26,361 nt of DNA, taken from positions 1-26,361 of IMG/VR virus record IMGVR_UViG_3300044558_000064. One strand, 5' to 3'. The notes below the pieces were generated by a model. The model was not told where the DNA came from and searched no databases. It was given only the letters and a program-made list of their open reading frames with translations. Positions within the stretch are counted from its first letter, which is position 1, and every line of letters starts with the position of its first letter. Both the position numbers and the translations under genes were made by a program. The stretch comes from a virus. Lineage: Duplodnaviria; Caudoviricetes. Positions 6,782 to 16,989 of the stretch are shown here, in pieces.

Positions 6782-9016
6782 TCATGCGGTGCGTTTCCAC
6801 ATGTAAACAGCAAAGTAGGGCGGCATGTTTTTTCCAGAGCCGTCCACGCCGGTTTCAATGTTGACCGCAGTCGTTTCGTTGTTTTCTGCAGTTTCACTAG
6901 AGGTGTAGGTTGCGCCTTTCCAGTCCGTTGAAGAGCTGTTAATGACTGGCGCCTTGTAATTTCCGCTCGCGGAGGCAACAGACCTCTCGCTGACGCCGGT
7001 CTGCACGTCGCTATAGTTATAGTAGAGATACCTAGCTCCATCGATGCCTGGTCCGTGCTTATGGGCACTTTGCGTATGGGTATGGCTCTCCTGCAGGTGA
7101 TTGTGCTTAACTACAACTGCATCTTCCGATCCTCCGGTGCTTCCTGCGGCGTAGGTATCGCCTGCAGCAAGGAGGAAAGTGTCCTTGATCCTTTCCCAGG
7201 TCCCTCCAAACAGATCCGCTGGAGACGCCGAGTTTACAGATAGGTAAATCGATCCAACCGGGTAAATCAGATCAAGAAGCTCCTTTCCTTTGTAATTGAT
7301 CCCGCCATTAAACTTCGCGTCGTACTGGCATTCAAAGCCGGCTCCTTCAGAGATCTTTCCAATCGCGAGACCTTTTCCGCTGGCGTGAAAATCCAAGATT
7401 ACTTCTGCCGTCTGAACGATTGTACTTGCGCTGCTTGACCCAAAGTCGTCCGAAACGGTCAGGGTAAGCTGATAGCGGCTGGTTGGAAGAAAGTTCACGT
7501 AACCATCCGCATCTTTAAGATCAAGCTGGCCAGAGGCCTGGTAGCTAGTCATGGTGAGATTGATTGCGCCTGTGGACTTATCGGTGATATTCGTCCATGT
7601 CAATACGGCAGATTTTGAGTTCCTATTATTCAGTGGGCTTACCGAGATTCCGTAACTTACGCGAAGGCAGTTTCCAGATTCATCTGCAGTTAGACTACCG
7701 TCGCTACTCTCCGTCATGCGAGCTGCCTTCAGGCTCGTCACAGATGGGGAAGAGTAGGGAAGGACCGTAACTGACTTTTCCGCAGTATCCGAACTTCTTG
7801 ATCTTGCGTCCATGACAAAAGAAGAAAGCAAGGAAGTACCTTCCTTGATCTCCCGGTCTGCTGTAATTTCCGTAAGGGTGGATGACAGATAGCTTCCTTC
7901 CGTGAAACTAGCAAAGTAAGTGGTTACGGGAGAGCTGTAGCTTTCCGTTCCTGCAATGGTCATCTTTGGAATGGATTTCCCAGCGACATAACCTCCATAG
8001 TGCTGAAGCAGGGTTTCTGTTTTATCCGAGTCATAAAACACGGTGTCGGTGACTTCCGAGATCTCAGCTTTCGGGATAACCGATGACGGCACGATCAGTG
8101 TAAGATTCTCTTGGTCTGTAGCAAGCACAGAGTCTTCATAGCAGGTCTCAAGAAAGACTGTGCAAGTAGAAGACGCGGAAGTTGTGATGGAATTCAGAAG
8201 ATCAAGTGGCGGTGTAAACGTCGTCGTTCCTACAGCGGCAGGATCTGCGATGCCGTCTGTTCCTGTCAAGCTGTTTACCCGGTAATAAAGGTGATGCGTG
8301 TAGCCGGAGTAGTTTCCCTGGGTGGTTATCTGCACAGAAGACGTCCCGTCGACGATGCAGGAAGAAGTCGATAGAAAAAGAACACTTGTTTCCTGCCGCT
8401 TTAAGATCAAACTGCAGGTGTTGCTTCCAAGTGACGTGCTTCCGTTATATGTAGTGCAGGTGATCGTGCAGGTCCCAGATAGCCCTTCCGTGCACCAGGA
8501 AAGAGGCGGCGTCCAGCTGACCGAGGCTGCATTCGTTTTGGTCGCAATCGTATCTGTTTTTCCATTCCAGGAAGCGGTCAGCGTATGGGTAAAGGAAGAG
8601 GATTTCCGGTTCGTGTTAATGGTGAGAGCTGTCCCAAGCGTTCCTGAAGAGGGGCAGGTCGGAGCGGATTTTCTTGCGATCGTGGTGAGCGTTTTCGTTA
8701 AAGAGTCCTTCACGGTTCCTGAGCTCGTGCTGGTCGCGTAAGACGCGGAAACCGTCAGCTTTTTCGACCCGTCTGAGTTATGCTCGATATCCAGCGTTTT
8801 GCTGTAGATGGTATTGCTTCCGCTCGTTGTGTTATTTGGATTCAGACTGACATACTTGGTGTATTTGTCTCCATCAATAGTGACGGTGAGCTTTGGCGGG
8901 TTATGATCAAAGGTTCCGGAGGTCCATTTTGCGGTGACTTTGACGGTGACGTTCGAACTGTTTGAAGAGACCGATGTGCTGTTTTCGATAATTCCAATTG
9001 AAATTGTAGCTGGCAT
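6782..9016 (-). CDS. Minor tail / tail fibre protein (DUF859-like N-terminus; C-terminal YPVGSIY...MPPY..VYMWKR module)
   Basis: LTTIARKS, INTNRKSSSFTHTL, GLAIGKISE, LIYPVGSIYLSV...LFGGTWERI; last gene before the holin. Confidence 0.8.
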   Translation of the reverse strand: MPATISIGIIENSTSVSSNSSNVTVKVTAKWTSGTFDHNPPKLTVTIDGDKYTKYVSLNPNNTTSGSNTIYSKTLDIEHNSDGSKKLTVSASYATSTSSGTVKDSLTKTLTTIARKSAPTCPSSGTLGTALTINTNRKSSSFTHTLTASWNGKTDTIATKTNAASVSWTPPLSWCTEGLSGTCTITCTTYNGSTSLGSNTCSLILKRQETSVLFLSTSSCIVDGTSSVQITTQGNYSGYTHHLYYRVNSLTGTDGIADPAAVGTTTFTPPLDLLNSITTSASSTCTVFLETCYEDSVLATDQENLTLIVPSSVIPKAEISEVTDTVFYDSDKTETLLQHYGGYVAGKSIPKMTIAGTESYSSPVTTYFASFTEGSYLSSTLTEITADREIKEGTSLLSSFVMDARSRSSDTAEKSVTVLPYSSPSVTSLKAARMTESSDGSLTADESGNCLRVSYGISVSPLNNRNSKSAVLTWTNITDKSTGAINLTMTSYQASGQLDLKDADGYVNFLPTSRYQLTLTVSDDFGSSSASTIVQTAEVILDFHASGKGLAIGKISEGAGFECQYDAKFNGGINYKGKELLDLIYPVGSIYLSVNSASPADLFGGTWERIKDTFLLAAGDTYAAGSTGGSEDAVVVKHNHLQESHTHTQSAHKHGPGIDGARYLYYNYSDVQTGVSERSVASASGNYKAPVINSSSTDWKGATYTSSETAENNETTAVNIETGVDGSGKNMPPYFAVYMWKRTA

Positions 9017-9019
9017 AGC

Positions 9020-10681
9020 TTATCCTTCCTGATCTTCCAGAAGTTTAAAAGACAGATTTCCATTTGGCTGAGGGACAAAGGCAAAGTCGTCTTTATTGTC
9101 ACCCGCGCTTCCAAAACGGATAGACTCAATGATCCTTGCTTTTGTGATTTTCATGGTGTCGGTATTAAAAAAGGCGGAGACAGCTCCGCCTGCGTAAAGG
9201 TTCATGCCTTGCTTGCTGATGGTCACTTTGTAGGGCGATCCTTCTTCTCCGATCTCTATCACGAGCTCTCCGTCTACTTCTGCAGATCGGATGTACTTTA
9301 GCGGCTCGTTGATGAGGTTCAGAGCCTCCTGAGAGAAGTTTGAAATGAGAAGGGCGCCTGCTGCGATCTTTTCTGAGGTAATGGTTCCTTTTCCGATCTT
9401 GCTTCCATCGATGTTTCCGGATCCATCGTCAAGAGACCATTCTTTTAAGATTTCCTTTGCCTCATCAACGGAGGACTTCATCGCGGAAAGCTTCTCCTGA
9501 CCATCAAGGGCTTCTTTCGCCTGGTCTGCTGCATCCTGAACTTTTGTGTCCAGTTCATCCAGCCTACCCGGAATCCGCTCGGTTCTTGCGACCTTTTCGG
9601 TGTGCGTCGTCCCGTCAGAATCGGTATAAGTGATTTCATCATAGATCACTTCTCCTGCTTCATCGGTAACGGTTTTGGTCTCTCCGATTAATCCTGTGAT
9701 GGTTTCTGTGATTCCGCCATCTCCATAGACGTCTTCCTGGAGGCCAGAAACAGACGTATCAAGTCCGTCTGCTGTCTGCTGGGCCTGATCAGCGGCTTTC
9801 CTTGCGGCGTCTGCTTTTGCGTTGATCTCAGATAGAGACTCTCTCCATGGAGTCGCCAGGGCGCCTGCCTCGATTTTAAGATTTGCGATGTCAAGGATTG
9901 CTCCATCCGGCATCGCAGATAGGTCAAAAGAAAGATTCTGGGAAGATGCGGCTACTCCAAGCGAAAGAGCGGTGGAGGAGTAGTGGACCCAGACGTTAGC
10001 GTTATCGGTTTCAGTGTCTGCAGCCGTATTGTCGATGTCTGAGAAGACGATTTGGACATTGCTTCCGCCTTGATCCTGCATACAGACAGGAATCGTAAAT
10101 AGCTCTGACATCCTGATATCGGCTGAGATGGTGTAGCTGTTTCCTTCCGGCTGACTGTCTAGTACATTTCTAAGGTCCGCTGCAGAAAAGAAAATGCTGT
10201 TTTCTCCAGATGCTGTGCAGGTTACGGTCAGGTAATTCACAGTATCTAAATCGGTATAGATGCCTTCCTCATTTTCTGAAAGCGTAAGATTTCCGGAAGC
10301 GGACCAACCGGTTACTCCCTGATTCGTAGAAACGAGAAGATTGACGTTTCCAATCTCCGTGTCGGCGTTTTCCTGGGTTAGGGTAATGTCCATAGAGTTT
10401 ACTTCCGCGTCCGCGGAAAGGTCATCTGCTGCATCCTCTAAATCTTCCAGACGCTCTTCAAGATCTTCTAAGGAAGATGGATCATTCTCTTCAGAAGGGT
10501 CGACCTCTTGCCAGCTGTATTTTGCCGGATCTGAGGACTCTTCACTAGACTGGTCGGTGTAGCGTCCGATGAAAATCGGCTCATCTGGCATCTCTAGGGA
10601 AAGGTTCGTCCCGGATTCATCGTCTGCCCAGGCGGCATGAAGGAAGTACTCTTGCTCATTAAATTTTGTCTTTACTACCAT
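9020..10681 (-). CDS. Minor tail protein (acidic; carbohydrate-binding-like domain, coiled coil, beta-rich C-terminus)
   Basis: N-terminal HAAWADD...GRYTD..S.DPAKYSW; NLL...LKIEAGALATPW-bounded domain; C-terminal FAFVPQPNGNLSF. Confidence 0.7.
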   Translation of the reverse strand: MVVKTKFNEQEYFLHAAWADDESGTNLSLEMPDEPIFIGRYTDQSSEESSDPAKYSWQEVDPSEENDPSSLEDLEERLEDLEDAADDLSADAEVNSMDITLTQENADTEIGNVNLLVSTNQGVTGWSASGNLTLSENEEGIYTDLDTVNYLTVTCTASGENSIFFSAADLRNVLDSQPEGNSYTISADIRMSELFTIPVCMQDQGGSNVQIVFSDIDNTAADTETDNANVWVHYSSTALSLGVAASSQNLSFDLSAMPDGAILDIANLKIEAGALATPWRESLSEINAKADAARKAADQAQQTADGLDTSVSGLQEDVYGDGGITETITGLIGETKTVTDEAGEVIYDEITYTDSDGTTHTEKVARTERIPGRLDELDTKVQDAADQAKEALDGQEKLSAMKSSVDEAKEILKEWSLDDGSGNIDGSKIGKGTITSEKIAAGALLISNFSQEALNLINEPLKYIRSAEVDGELVIEIGEEGSPYKVTISKQGMNLYAGGAVSAFFNTDTMKITKARIIESIRFGSAGDNKDDFAFVPQPNGNLSFKLLEDQEG

Positions 10682-10690
10682 AGCGGCCTC

Positions 10691-11185
10691 CTAAAGCATG
10701 GCAATCCAGTAAAACGAGGTGTCGGTGTCGCTGGAGCGGTAGAGGCAGAGATCAAAACCCTTGGTTGTGACGCTCTTGACGCTGGAAGACAGCTTGTTTG
10801 GAGCCGCGGTGATCGGGGTGATGGTGACGGACGGGACAGACGTGAAAGCCTTCGGAAAGTTCACGTGCTTGGTCACCACCTTGTTTTTCTTCGCGCTGAC
10901 CTGAGCTGATCCTCTCTGGATATTCCGCACCTTAACGTTCTGACTGGAATCAATCGTAAAGGGTGAAAGCGCGGCGCTTACTGTGTCGCTGACGTTTTCA
11001 TTGACTTCCGTGATGACGCTCTGAAGCTCGCTGTTCAGGTTCGCCGCGTTAAGCTGCGTTCCTTCTGTTGTGATGGTGCCTTCTGCTCTTGTAAAATCAA
11101 AGGTGCCGAGCACCTCTCCGGTTTCGGAGTTGGTCAGGGTATAGCGCCCCGGGTGCTCAACGACGCGGTCGATAAATGCCATCAT
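10691..11185 (-). CDS. Tail-associated protein with C-terminal H-type lectin-like domain
   Basis: EGTQLNAANLN; QRG...VNFPKAFTSVPSV...VTTKGF...FYWIAM pattern. Confidence 0.65.
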   Translation of the reverse strand: MMAFIDRVVEHPGRYTLTNSETGEVLGTFDFTRAEGTITTEGTQLNAANLNSELQSVITEVNENVSDTVSAALSPFTIDSSQNVKVRNIQRGSAQVSAKKNKVVTKHVNFPKAFTSVPSVTITPITAAPNKLSSSVKSVTTKGFDLCLYRSSDTDTSFYWIAML

Positions 11186-11194
11186 ATAGCCTCC

Positions 11195-11566
11195 TTAATA
11201 TCCACTTGCATAGTTTTCTGCTGCGTAAATCAGGTCTCCGCTGTAGGAAGATGCCTTCGTCTGGTTGAGAAGAACCTCGATCCGGTCATTAAACTGCTGG
11301 ATTAAGCCTTCGACCTGATTAAAGGTCTCTGCGGTCATGTCGCTTCCTGGAAGAGGGGACGAGAGACCCGTTACAGCATTCAGCTGGTTTAAAGTGCTTA
11401 AAATCTGATTCCACTGAGATACGGTCACGAAGTCATTTAGGGTGAAGTCCTCTTTCAAGTTCCCAGTTGGAAGAAGGACATTCAGATTTCCGCAGATGCG
11501 GTTCATGACAGAAGGCGTGACCCGGTCTGATGCGGTCCAATCGGTTTTCGGTTCAATCCATGCCAT
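11195..11566 (-). CDS. Tail-tip hypothetical protein
   Basis: MAWIEPKTDW...MNRI..N start typical of siphophage tail-tip proteins; in operon. Confidence 0.7.
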   Translation of the reverse strand: MAWIEPKTDWTASDRVTPSVMNRICGNLNVLLPTGNLKEDFTLNDFVTVSQWNQILSTLNQLNAVTGLSSPLPGSDMTAETFNQVEGLIQQFNDRIEVLLNQTKASSYSGDLIYAAENYASGY

Positions 11567-11578
11567 ATTTCCACCTCG

Positions 11579-13363
11579 TTAACAGATTCCTTTCCGGTAA
11601 GTGAGCTCTGCCTTCGTTCCTCCTCCTTCGTGGGTCAGGGTGATCGTCTCAATGGTGCAGAGCTCTTCACTTCCATCCAGTCGGTGAAAAGAGAAGACAT
11701 CCCGCGGCTGCATGCGTGGATCGCCTTTAAAGGTGAAAGAGCCGGTGATGTTTGACCGGTTAAAGAGATAGGAGTAGTTCGGGTAGAGCAGGGTGGTTCC
11801 GCCGTAGATCTTCCCGTGGGAAATCGGATCGACCGTGATCGTGGTTCCCGGCCTCTTTCCAGAGGGGAGAATCGAGGCGTTTTCCACCGTTATCGTGATG
11901 GCTTTTCCTTTGACGACGCACTGATTGAGCTTCTTTGTCACCGTCTTATAGATCGGCGTTCCTTTCTTCTTTCCCGTTTTGTATTTCTTCCCGCTCTTTA
12001 CTTTCACTTTTTTAGAAAACGTGGACTTCTGCGCGGTCCAGACGATTTTGCTGGCGGTGGCTAGGACGGACTTTGCGTTGGAAACGGATAAATACCACCA
12101 GTAGCCTTCAGGGGATAGGGAGTAGCCTTTCCCAGCTTCTACGGATTTTGTCTCAAGGGTCTCGAGTTTAGAAGAACGATCGGCTTTGCTGTGAAGGCCA
12201 TAGTCTGCATCTGTTGTGATCTTTGCAATATTTCTCTCGACGCTTCTTACCACATCGCCACAGTCTTTTTCGTAGATGTCCCATTTCTTCACTGGCTTGC
12301 TCCATGTCGCGGTCGGAATCCCTGCATCCACAAAGGCAGGCCAAAACGTCCCGTTATGCGATAAATTCATGATGTCTGCAACAATCTCTCTAGATGACTG
12401 CTCGTCAAAGATAAGCGTGTAAGGAGAGGAATTGCTGTTTGTATCCGGGGCAGGCTCCCGGGATACGAGTTTCACCCCGGAGTCCGTGATGAACTTGACG
12501 AAGCGGTTGTAGAGGGTTTTTCTGCCGTTTCCGCCGGTGGAGTTTACAACCTGAGAGATGTTGTTCTTGTCCTCGAGTTTTGCGCTCATGTCTTCACCTT
12601 TGATCGTGATGACGTTATTTTCCATCGAGGCCTTTTCAGACAAATAGAAAGATCGGACTTTGGAGTAGTCTCCTTCGTATCCCGCGTAATACCAGACAGG
12701 GACGTCGTCACCGACATTACTGATGGCCTCTGAAATATCATCTGGCCAGTAGGCCTGAATCTCAATTTCAGACACCTGCCAGGATGGACTGGTAATCGAT
12801 AAGTCAGACCGTAGAGCAAGGGTGCAGGAAATCAGATTCTTGTTGCTAAACTCCAGCGTAATTCCTGGCGTGATGGAGGCGATTTCAATCCGGCTTTCTG
12901 GAGCATCGCTTCTTGCTGTCAGCGAGATCGATTTTCCGTTGACGGGGATTACGACAATTCTTCTTGCCGTGTAGTTAATTCCATTTGCTGTGATCGTTCC
13001 GGGGGCGTTTGATGTAACAGCTAGGGTTAAGGCAGCAATGTCGGTTTTCGAGGTGACGGTAATCGTAACCGTTTCTCCGATCTTAGACCTTAGGCCCAGC
13101 TTTCCATCATCCAGGTTTCCCGGGATGGTGGAGTCAAACAGGGAGCAGCTTCCATCCAATGGAAAGCCGGATCCAGAAAGATCGGTGAGCTCTCTCATGT
13201 CCCAGTGCTCATTATCCAGGGCTTCTGATACGTTCGTATCTGTCACAGCGCCTGAGATTCCTGCAAAGGTAAGATCGACCTTTTCGTTTCTTCCGGAAAA
13301 GCCGCAGTGGACTTCAAATGGCGTTCTTATCGATTTCTTGTTCTCGGAATCAATTGTGAGCAT
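11579..13363 (-). CDS. Tail tip/hub (Tal-position) protein
   Basis: Second gene after the tape measure; C-terminal FKGDPRMQPRD motif. Confidence 0.65.
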   Translation of the reverse strand: MLTIDSENKKSIRTPFEVHCGFSGRNEKVDLTFAGISGAVTDTNVSEALDNEHWDMRELTDLSGSGFPLDGSCSLFDSTIPGNLDDGKLGLRSKIGETVTITVTSKTDIAALTLAVTSNAPGTITANGINYTARRIVVIPVNGKSISLTARSDAPESRIEIASITPGITLEFSNKNLISCTLALRSDLSITSPSWQVSEIEIQAYWPDDISEAISNVGDDVPVWYYAGYEGDYSKVRSFYLSEKASMENNVITIKGEDMSAKLEDKNNISQVVNSTGGNGRKTLYNRFVKFITDSGVKLVSREPAPDTNSNSSPYTLIFDEQSSREIVADIMNLSHNGTFWPAFVDAGIPTATWSKPVKKWDIYEKDCGDVVRSVERNIAKITTDADYGLHSKADRSSKLETLETKSVEAGKGYSLSPEGYWWYLSVSNAKSVLATASKIVWTAQKSTFSKKVKVKSGKKYKTGKKKGTPIYKTVTKKLNQCVVKGKAITITVENASILPSGKRPGTTITVDPISHGKIYGGTTLLYPNYSYLFNRSNITGSFTFKGDPRMQPRDVFSFHRLDGSEELCTIETITLTHEGGGTKAELTYRKGIC

Positions 13364-13721
13364 TTAAGAATCTCACCTCAACTTTCACATCCGACCAGAC
13401 CGGATTTCCATCTGTTGATGTCGCTCTTGAAGCTGTGCTGATGGCAGAGGTCCTTACGATGCTTTCCGTGTGAGAAGCGCCGTCTGCACCCGTAAAGGTG
13501 ATGCTGCTTTCCCCACTCATGGAAAGAAGAACTTCAAGCTGGGCCTGCGGAAGCATATCCCACTCAAGAGTCATATCCGAATACTTCCACCCGATCCTAT
13601 CTGCAATGGTCGCTCCCGTGCAGGTGGTGATCTCGGCGGCGTAGATGTCTTCTCTTTGGGGAGAGAAGTCATTTGGCCTTAGGATTTCCTTTCCGTTTAT
13701 CTGAATGGTCGAGTAGATCAT
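13350..13721 (-). CDS. Distal tail (Dit-position) protein
   Basis: 123 aa directly after the tape measure, translationally coupled. Confidence 0.65.
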   Translation of the reverse strand: MIYSTIQINGKEILRPNDFSPQREDIYAAEITTCTGATIADRIGWKYSDMTLEWDMLPQAQLEVLLSMSGESSITFTGADGASHTESIVRTSAISTASRATSTDGNPVWSDVKVEVRFLNAHN

Positions 13722-16162
13722 CAGCCGAGCCTCCTTTTATAGGTGTCATAAGCGTGGACGATTTCTTCACCCATCTTCGGACCGTTCTTAAAGAGATAGA
13801 CGTCTAGGTGAATATCTCCACCAAGAACAGAACTTTGAGAGATCCGGTTTGCGGTGATAACGGCATTTGCGATGTCATTTCCGGCTCCTGAAACAGCAGA
13901 ACGAATCATACGCATGAGAGATTCGGTCCCAACGACCGTTTCGGATCCCGCTTCGCCTCCTGCAAGAAGGGAGTCTCCAGCTGCTCCAAAGATGGTAGGT
14001 CGATCTAAGATCATGCCGTTTTTCATGGCCTTGGCGTACCAGTCCACGGAAAACTTCGGTAAGGACCCTTTTCCTCCAATTCCAAACGGAGCTTTACCAC
14101 CTGAAACATGGATATGAGGAAGCCTGAGGTTGCTGAAGATGTTTCCAATCCGAAGAGGAAAGAAGCTCTTGATGCTGCTGATGATTCCCCGGATCCTATC
14201 GCGGGCCGCATTGATTGGAGTCAGCATGGCGGACTTGATCCCATTCCAGACGCGAGACGTCGTTGATCGGATAGCTGTCCAGGCAGATGTAACGGATGAA
14301 CGAATTGCTCTTACCGGTGACAGCACAGCGCTTTTAATCGCACCCCAGACTGTGACAGCAAGCTTTCTGATTGCTCCCCAAGTCTTAGAAGTTGCAGCCT
14401 TAATGCTATTCCAGATGGAGATGACTCCGTTTCTAAACTTCGCGTTTGTCTTCCAAAGGTAAATGAAGGTCGCCGCCAGGGCCGCTACTGCCGCAATGAC
14501 AAGACCCACAGGGTTAGCCAGCATGACCGCATTCATCGCGGCCATGCCAGTCCGGACAAGCTTTATGGCAGAAACAATCTTCGGGGCAAGCGTCATAATT
14601 GTTCCGACACCGACCGCGATCTTTCCGATCACAATAAGAAGCGGCCCGACTGCTGCGGCGATGCCGATAAGGGTAAGGACGAGCCTCTGCGTAGCCGGGT
14701 TCATGTTCATGATGGCGTTCATAATCGAGATCAGCTTCTGAAAGAAACTCGTCAGTACAGGCGCAAGCACCTGGCCGATCGTGACGGTCAGCACGTCAAA
14801 GGTGGACTTGAGCTGCTCGATGGTGCCTCCGGTTCCTGACATCAGGGCCTTGGACATCTTGCCAGCGGACCCTCCGGCATCATCTAAAGCGTTCCGCAGG
14901 GAGCTGACGTCTTTCGGAGAGGTCTGAATTAAGGTCAGCCACTTGGACATCTGCTCTTTTCCAAATATGTTTGAAGCCGCTTCCAGTTTCTCCTGGTCGG
15001 AAAGGCCGGAGAAGGCTTTGTTTAAGTTCTTTAAGACATCCGGCATGGACTTAAGTGTTCCGTTGTCATTAAAGATGGAGTAGGTCTGGCCTGTGGATAA
15101 TTTCAGCTGGTCCATAGCAGATGCTCCTGACTTGGCAGGGGAGGCGAGCCGGGCAAGGCCAGTCTTCAAGGCGTTCGCACCTTCAGATCCTGAAATTCCA
15201 GCGTTTCCAAAGACATCCGTGATGGTCGCGAGGTCTTTTACATCCCATCCGACCGTCTTGCAGATCGGGCCGGCAACAGAGATGGCCTGAAATAACTCAG
15301 ACGTGTTCGTATTTGCCTGGGCCTGAGCCTTTGCCAAAACGTCTGAATAAGTTGCAGCTTCTGAAGAGTTCGCCCCAAACATCTTCATCGCGTTTCCAAG
15401 GCCAGATGTTACTTCCGACAGGTCCGTTCCGGTGCCCGCGGCAAGGTTCATAGCAGGGGTCAGCATGTCGGTTGCCTGCTTAGCGGTAAAGCCCTGCCTT
15501 GCAAAGTTCAGTGTCGCATCAGCCGCATCCTGCATGCCAAAGACAGAGGACTTTGCGGACTCTCCGATCTGATTCCAAAGACCCTTAAAGTCAGAGGCGG
15601 AATTTGCCGTGCTTCCCATGGTCTGCTTGACCAGGTTGAACTGCTTGTCGACGTTTCCGTAGGAGTTTACAGCAGCAGTCGCACCGGCCACAACAGGGGC
15701 TGTGAAGCCAACCGTCATCTTTTCTCCGGCGTCAGACATCTTCTCACCGACAGCTTTTACCTTTTCTCCGGCTGCGGCAATTTTCTGAGACGATACCGAG
15801 CCGAAGTTCTTGGACTCCTTTTCCAGGCTCTTTAATTTGGATTCTGTCTCCGCGATTTCTCTCTGCAAGGCGTCGTATTTGTCCTGGCCAAGACTTCCAT
15901 TTTCAAGCTGCTGTTTGGCCTGGACCTGGGCGTTCTTTAAGCCTTCCAGCTTTTCCTTTGTCGCATCGATGGATTGTTTCAGCAGTTTCTGCTTCTGGGT
16001 CAGGAGGGTGGTGTTCTTCGGGTCGAGCTTGAGGAGCTTATTGACGTCTTTGAGGGAAGACTGGGTGGTGCGGATTGTGCTGTTGACGGATTTCAGAGCC
16101 TTTTCAAGTCCGGTGGTGTTTCCACCAATTTCAACGGTGATTCCCTTGATTCTGCTTGGCAT
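13721..16162 (-). CDS. Tail tape measure protein (TP901 family)
   Basis: [14 protein letters not shown] start; Ala/Gly-rich core; [11 protein letters not shown]; Trp-periodic repeats; DWYAKA...GGEAGSE C-terminus. Confidence 0.93.
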   Translation of the reverse strand: MPSRIKGITVEIGGNTTGLEKALKSVNSTIRTTQSSLKDVNKLLKLDPKNTTLLTQKQKLLKQSIDATKEKLEGLKNAQVQAKQQLENGSLGQDKYDALQREIAETESKLKSLEKESKNFGSVSSQKIAAAGEKVKAVGEKMSDAGEKMTVGFTAPVVAGATAAVNSYGNVDKQFNLVKQTMGSTANSASDFKGLWNQIGESAKSSVFGMQDAADATLNFARQGFTAKQATDMLTPAMNLAAGTGTDLSEVTSGLGNAMKMFGANSSEAATYSDVLAKAQAQANTNTSELFQAISVAGPICKTVGWDVKDLATITDVFGNAGISGSEGANALKTGLARLASPAKSGASAMDQLKLSTGQTYSIFNDNGTLKSMPDVLKNLNKAFSGLSDQEKLEAASNIFGKEQMSKWLTLIQTSPKDVSSLRNALDDAGGSAGKMSKALMSGTGGTIEQLKSTFDVLTVTIGQVLAPVLTSFFQKLISIMNAIMNMNPATQRLVLTLIGIAAAVGPLLIVIGKIAVGVGTIMTLAPKIVSAIKLVRTGMAAMNAVMLANPVGLVIAAVAALAATFIYLWKTNAKFRNGVISIWNSIKAATSKTWGAIRKLAVTVWGAIKSAVLSPVRAIRSSVTSAWTAIRSTTSRVWNGIKSAMLTPINAARDRIRGIISSIKSFFPLRIGNIFSNLRLPHIHVSGGKAPFGIGGKGSLPKFSVDWYAKAMKNGMILDRPTIFGAAGDSLLAGGEAGSETVVGTESLMRMIRSAVSGAGNDIANAVITANRISQSSVLGGDIHLDVYLFKNGPKMGEEIVHAYDTYKRRLG

Positions 16163-16190
16163 TTGTCTTCACCTCCTCAATTACGGCATG

Positions 16191-16214
16191 AAAAAAGCAC
16201 CTCCGAAGAGATGC
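16191..16214 (-). terminator. Intrinsic terminator between the inserted gene and the tape measure gene
   Basis: Minus strand GCATCTC-TTCG-GAGGTGC-TTTTTT. Confidence 0.75.
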
Positions 16215-16250
16215 GGTAAATCATATTGTTCTATTTAAGCGCCATGCGGA

Positions 16251-16748
16251 TTACGATGCGTAGCCGATAAAATTTACATACCCATTAGTGGTATGGACGA
16301 TAAAAAATAAAGCTGCCGAACAAGCCAGGGGGTAATTTTTCTTCCATAACGCATAAAACAAATACAGTAATGGAACTGCCGCGAACTGGCAGATTACAAT
16401 GAGCCATCTGTATAGATGCCCGGTATAATAAAAAGCCCAACCGATGTAATTCATCAGCAGCATCGCAAGTGTTGCCGTAAAGAATATCTTTTCTCTCATC
16501 GTTGAGATTGAAAAACATCCAACATCATCTCTGACAATCAGCATCAGCAGAATCATTGAACATGTACCGATAATGCCCTGTGTAATCTCAAGCCACTTCG
16601 TTTCATTTTGCATATTCATGATGGGGTTGGAGGCCAATTTGATGAGGGGCATTATCATATACGGGATTTCCTGCAATACGAATAAAGCGATGCCCATAAA
16701 GGATATCCCCAGATAATAATGCTTAAACAAATGAGTGAATTTCAGCAT
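16251..16748 (-). CDS. Inserted (moron-like) integral membrane protein, about 5 TM helices
   Basis: Several hydrophobic stretches; visibly more AT-rich than its neighbours; interrupts chaperone-tape measure synteny. Confidence 0.75.
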   Translation of the reverse strand: MLKFTHLFKHYYLGISFMGIALFVLQEIPYMIMPLIKLASNPIMNMQNETKWLEITQGIIGTCSMILLMLIVRDDVGCFSISTMREKIFFTATLAMLLMNYIGWAFYYTGHLYRWLIVICQFAAVPLLYLFYALWKKNYPLACSAALFFIVHTTNGYVNFIGYAS

Positions 16749-16824
16749 ATTGAGTACCTGCGCTTTCAGAAAAAATCTGACCTGAATTCAGCTTCTCTTT
16801 TATATATCGTACCATACTAAAAGC

Positions 16825-16989
16825 TTAAAAAGCATCAAAATCTTCCTGCGTCGCAAGCCTTCGATACTTCACTCCGTCATTTGCTTTCTCGGTCCAGATG
16901 TCAAGGACCAGGCCTATGGAAAGAAGATCAAGATCGCGGATGGAAATTCCGATCTCTATGCAGCGCAGAAGAAAAAGCGGGGTGGTCAT
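16825..16989 (-). CDS. Tail assembly chaperone, downstream (gpT-like) frame
   Basis: Manual translation MTTPLFLLRCIEIGISIRDLDLLSIGLVLDIWTEKANDGVKYRRLATQEDFDAF; frame is open back to the A7 site. Not in the ORF track. Confidence 0.8.
   Translation of the reverse strand: MTTPLFLLRCIEIGISIRDLDLLSIGLVLDIWTEKANDGVKYRRLATQEDFDAF

Noticed and set aside
6782-7300. Diversity-generating retroelement target in the tail fibre tip
   Set aside because: No reverse transcriptase or template-repeat copy seen in the window.
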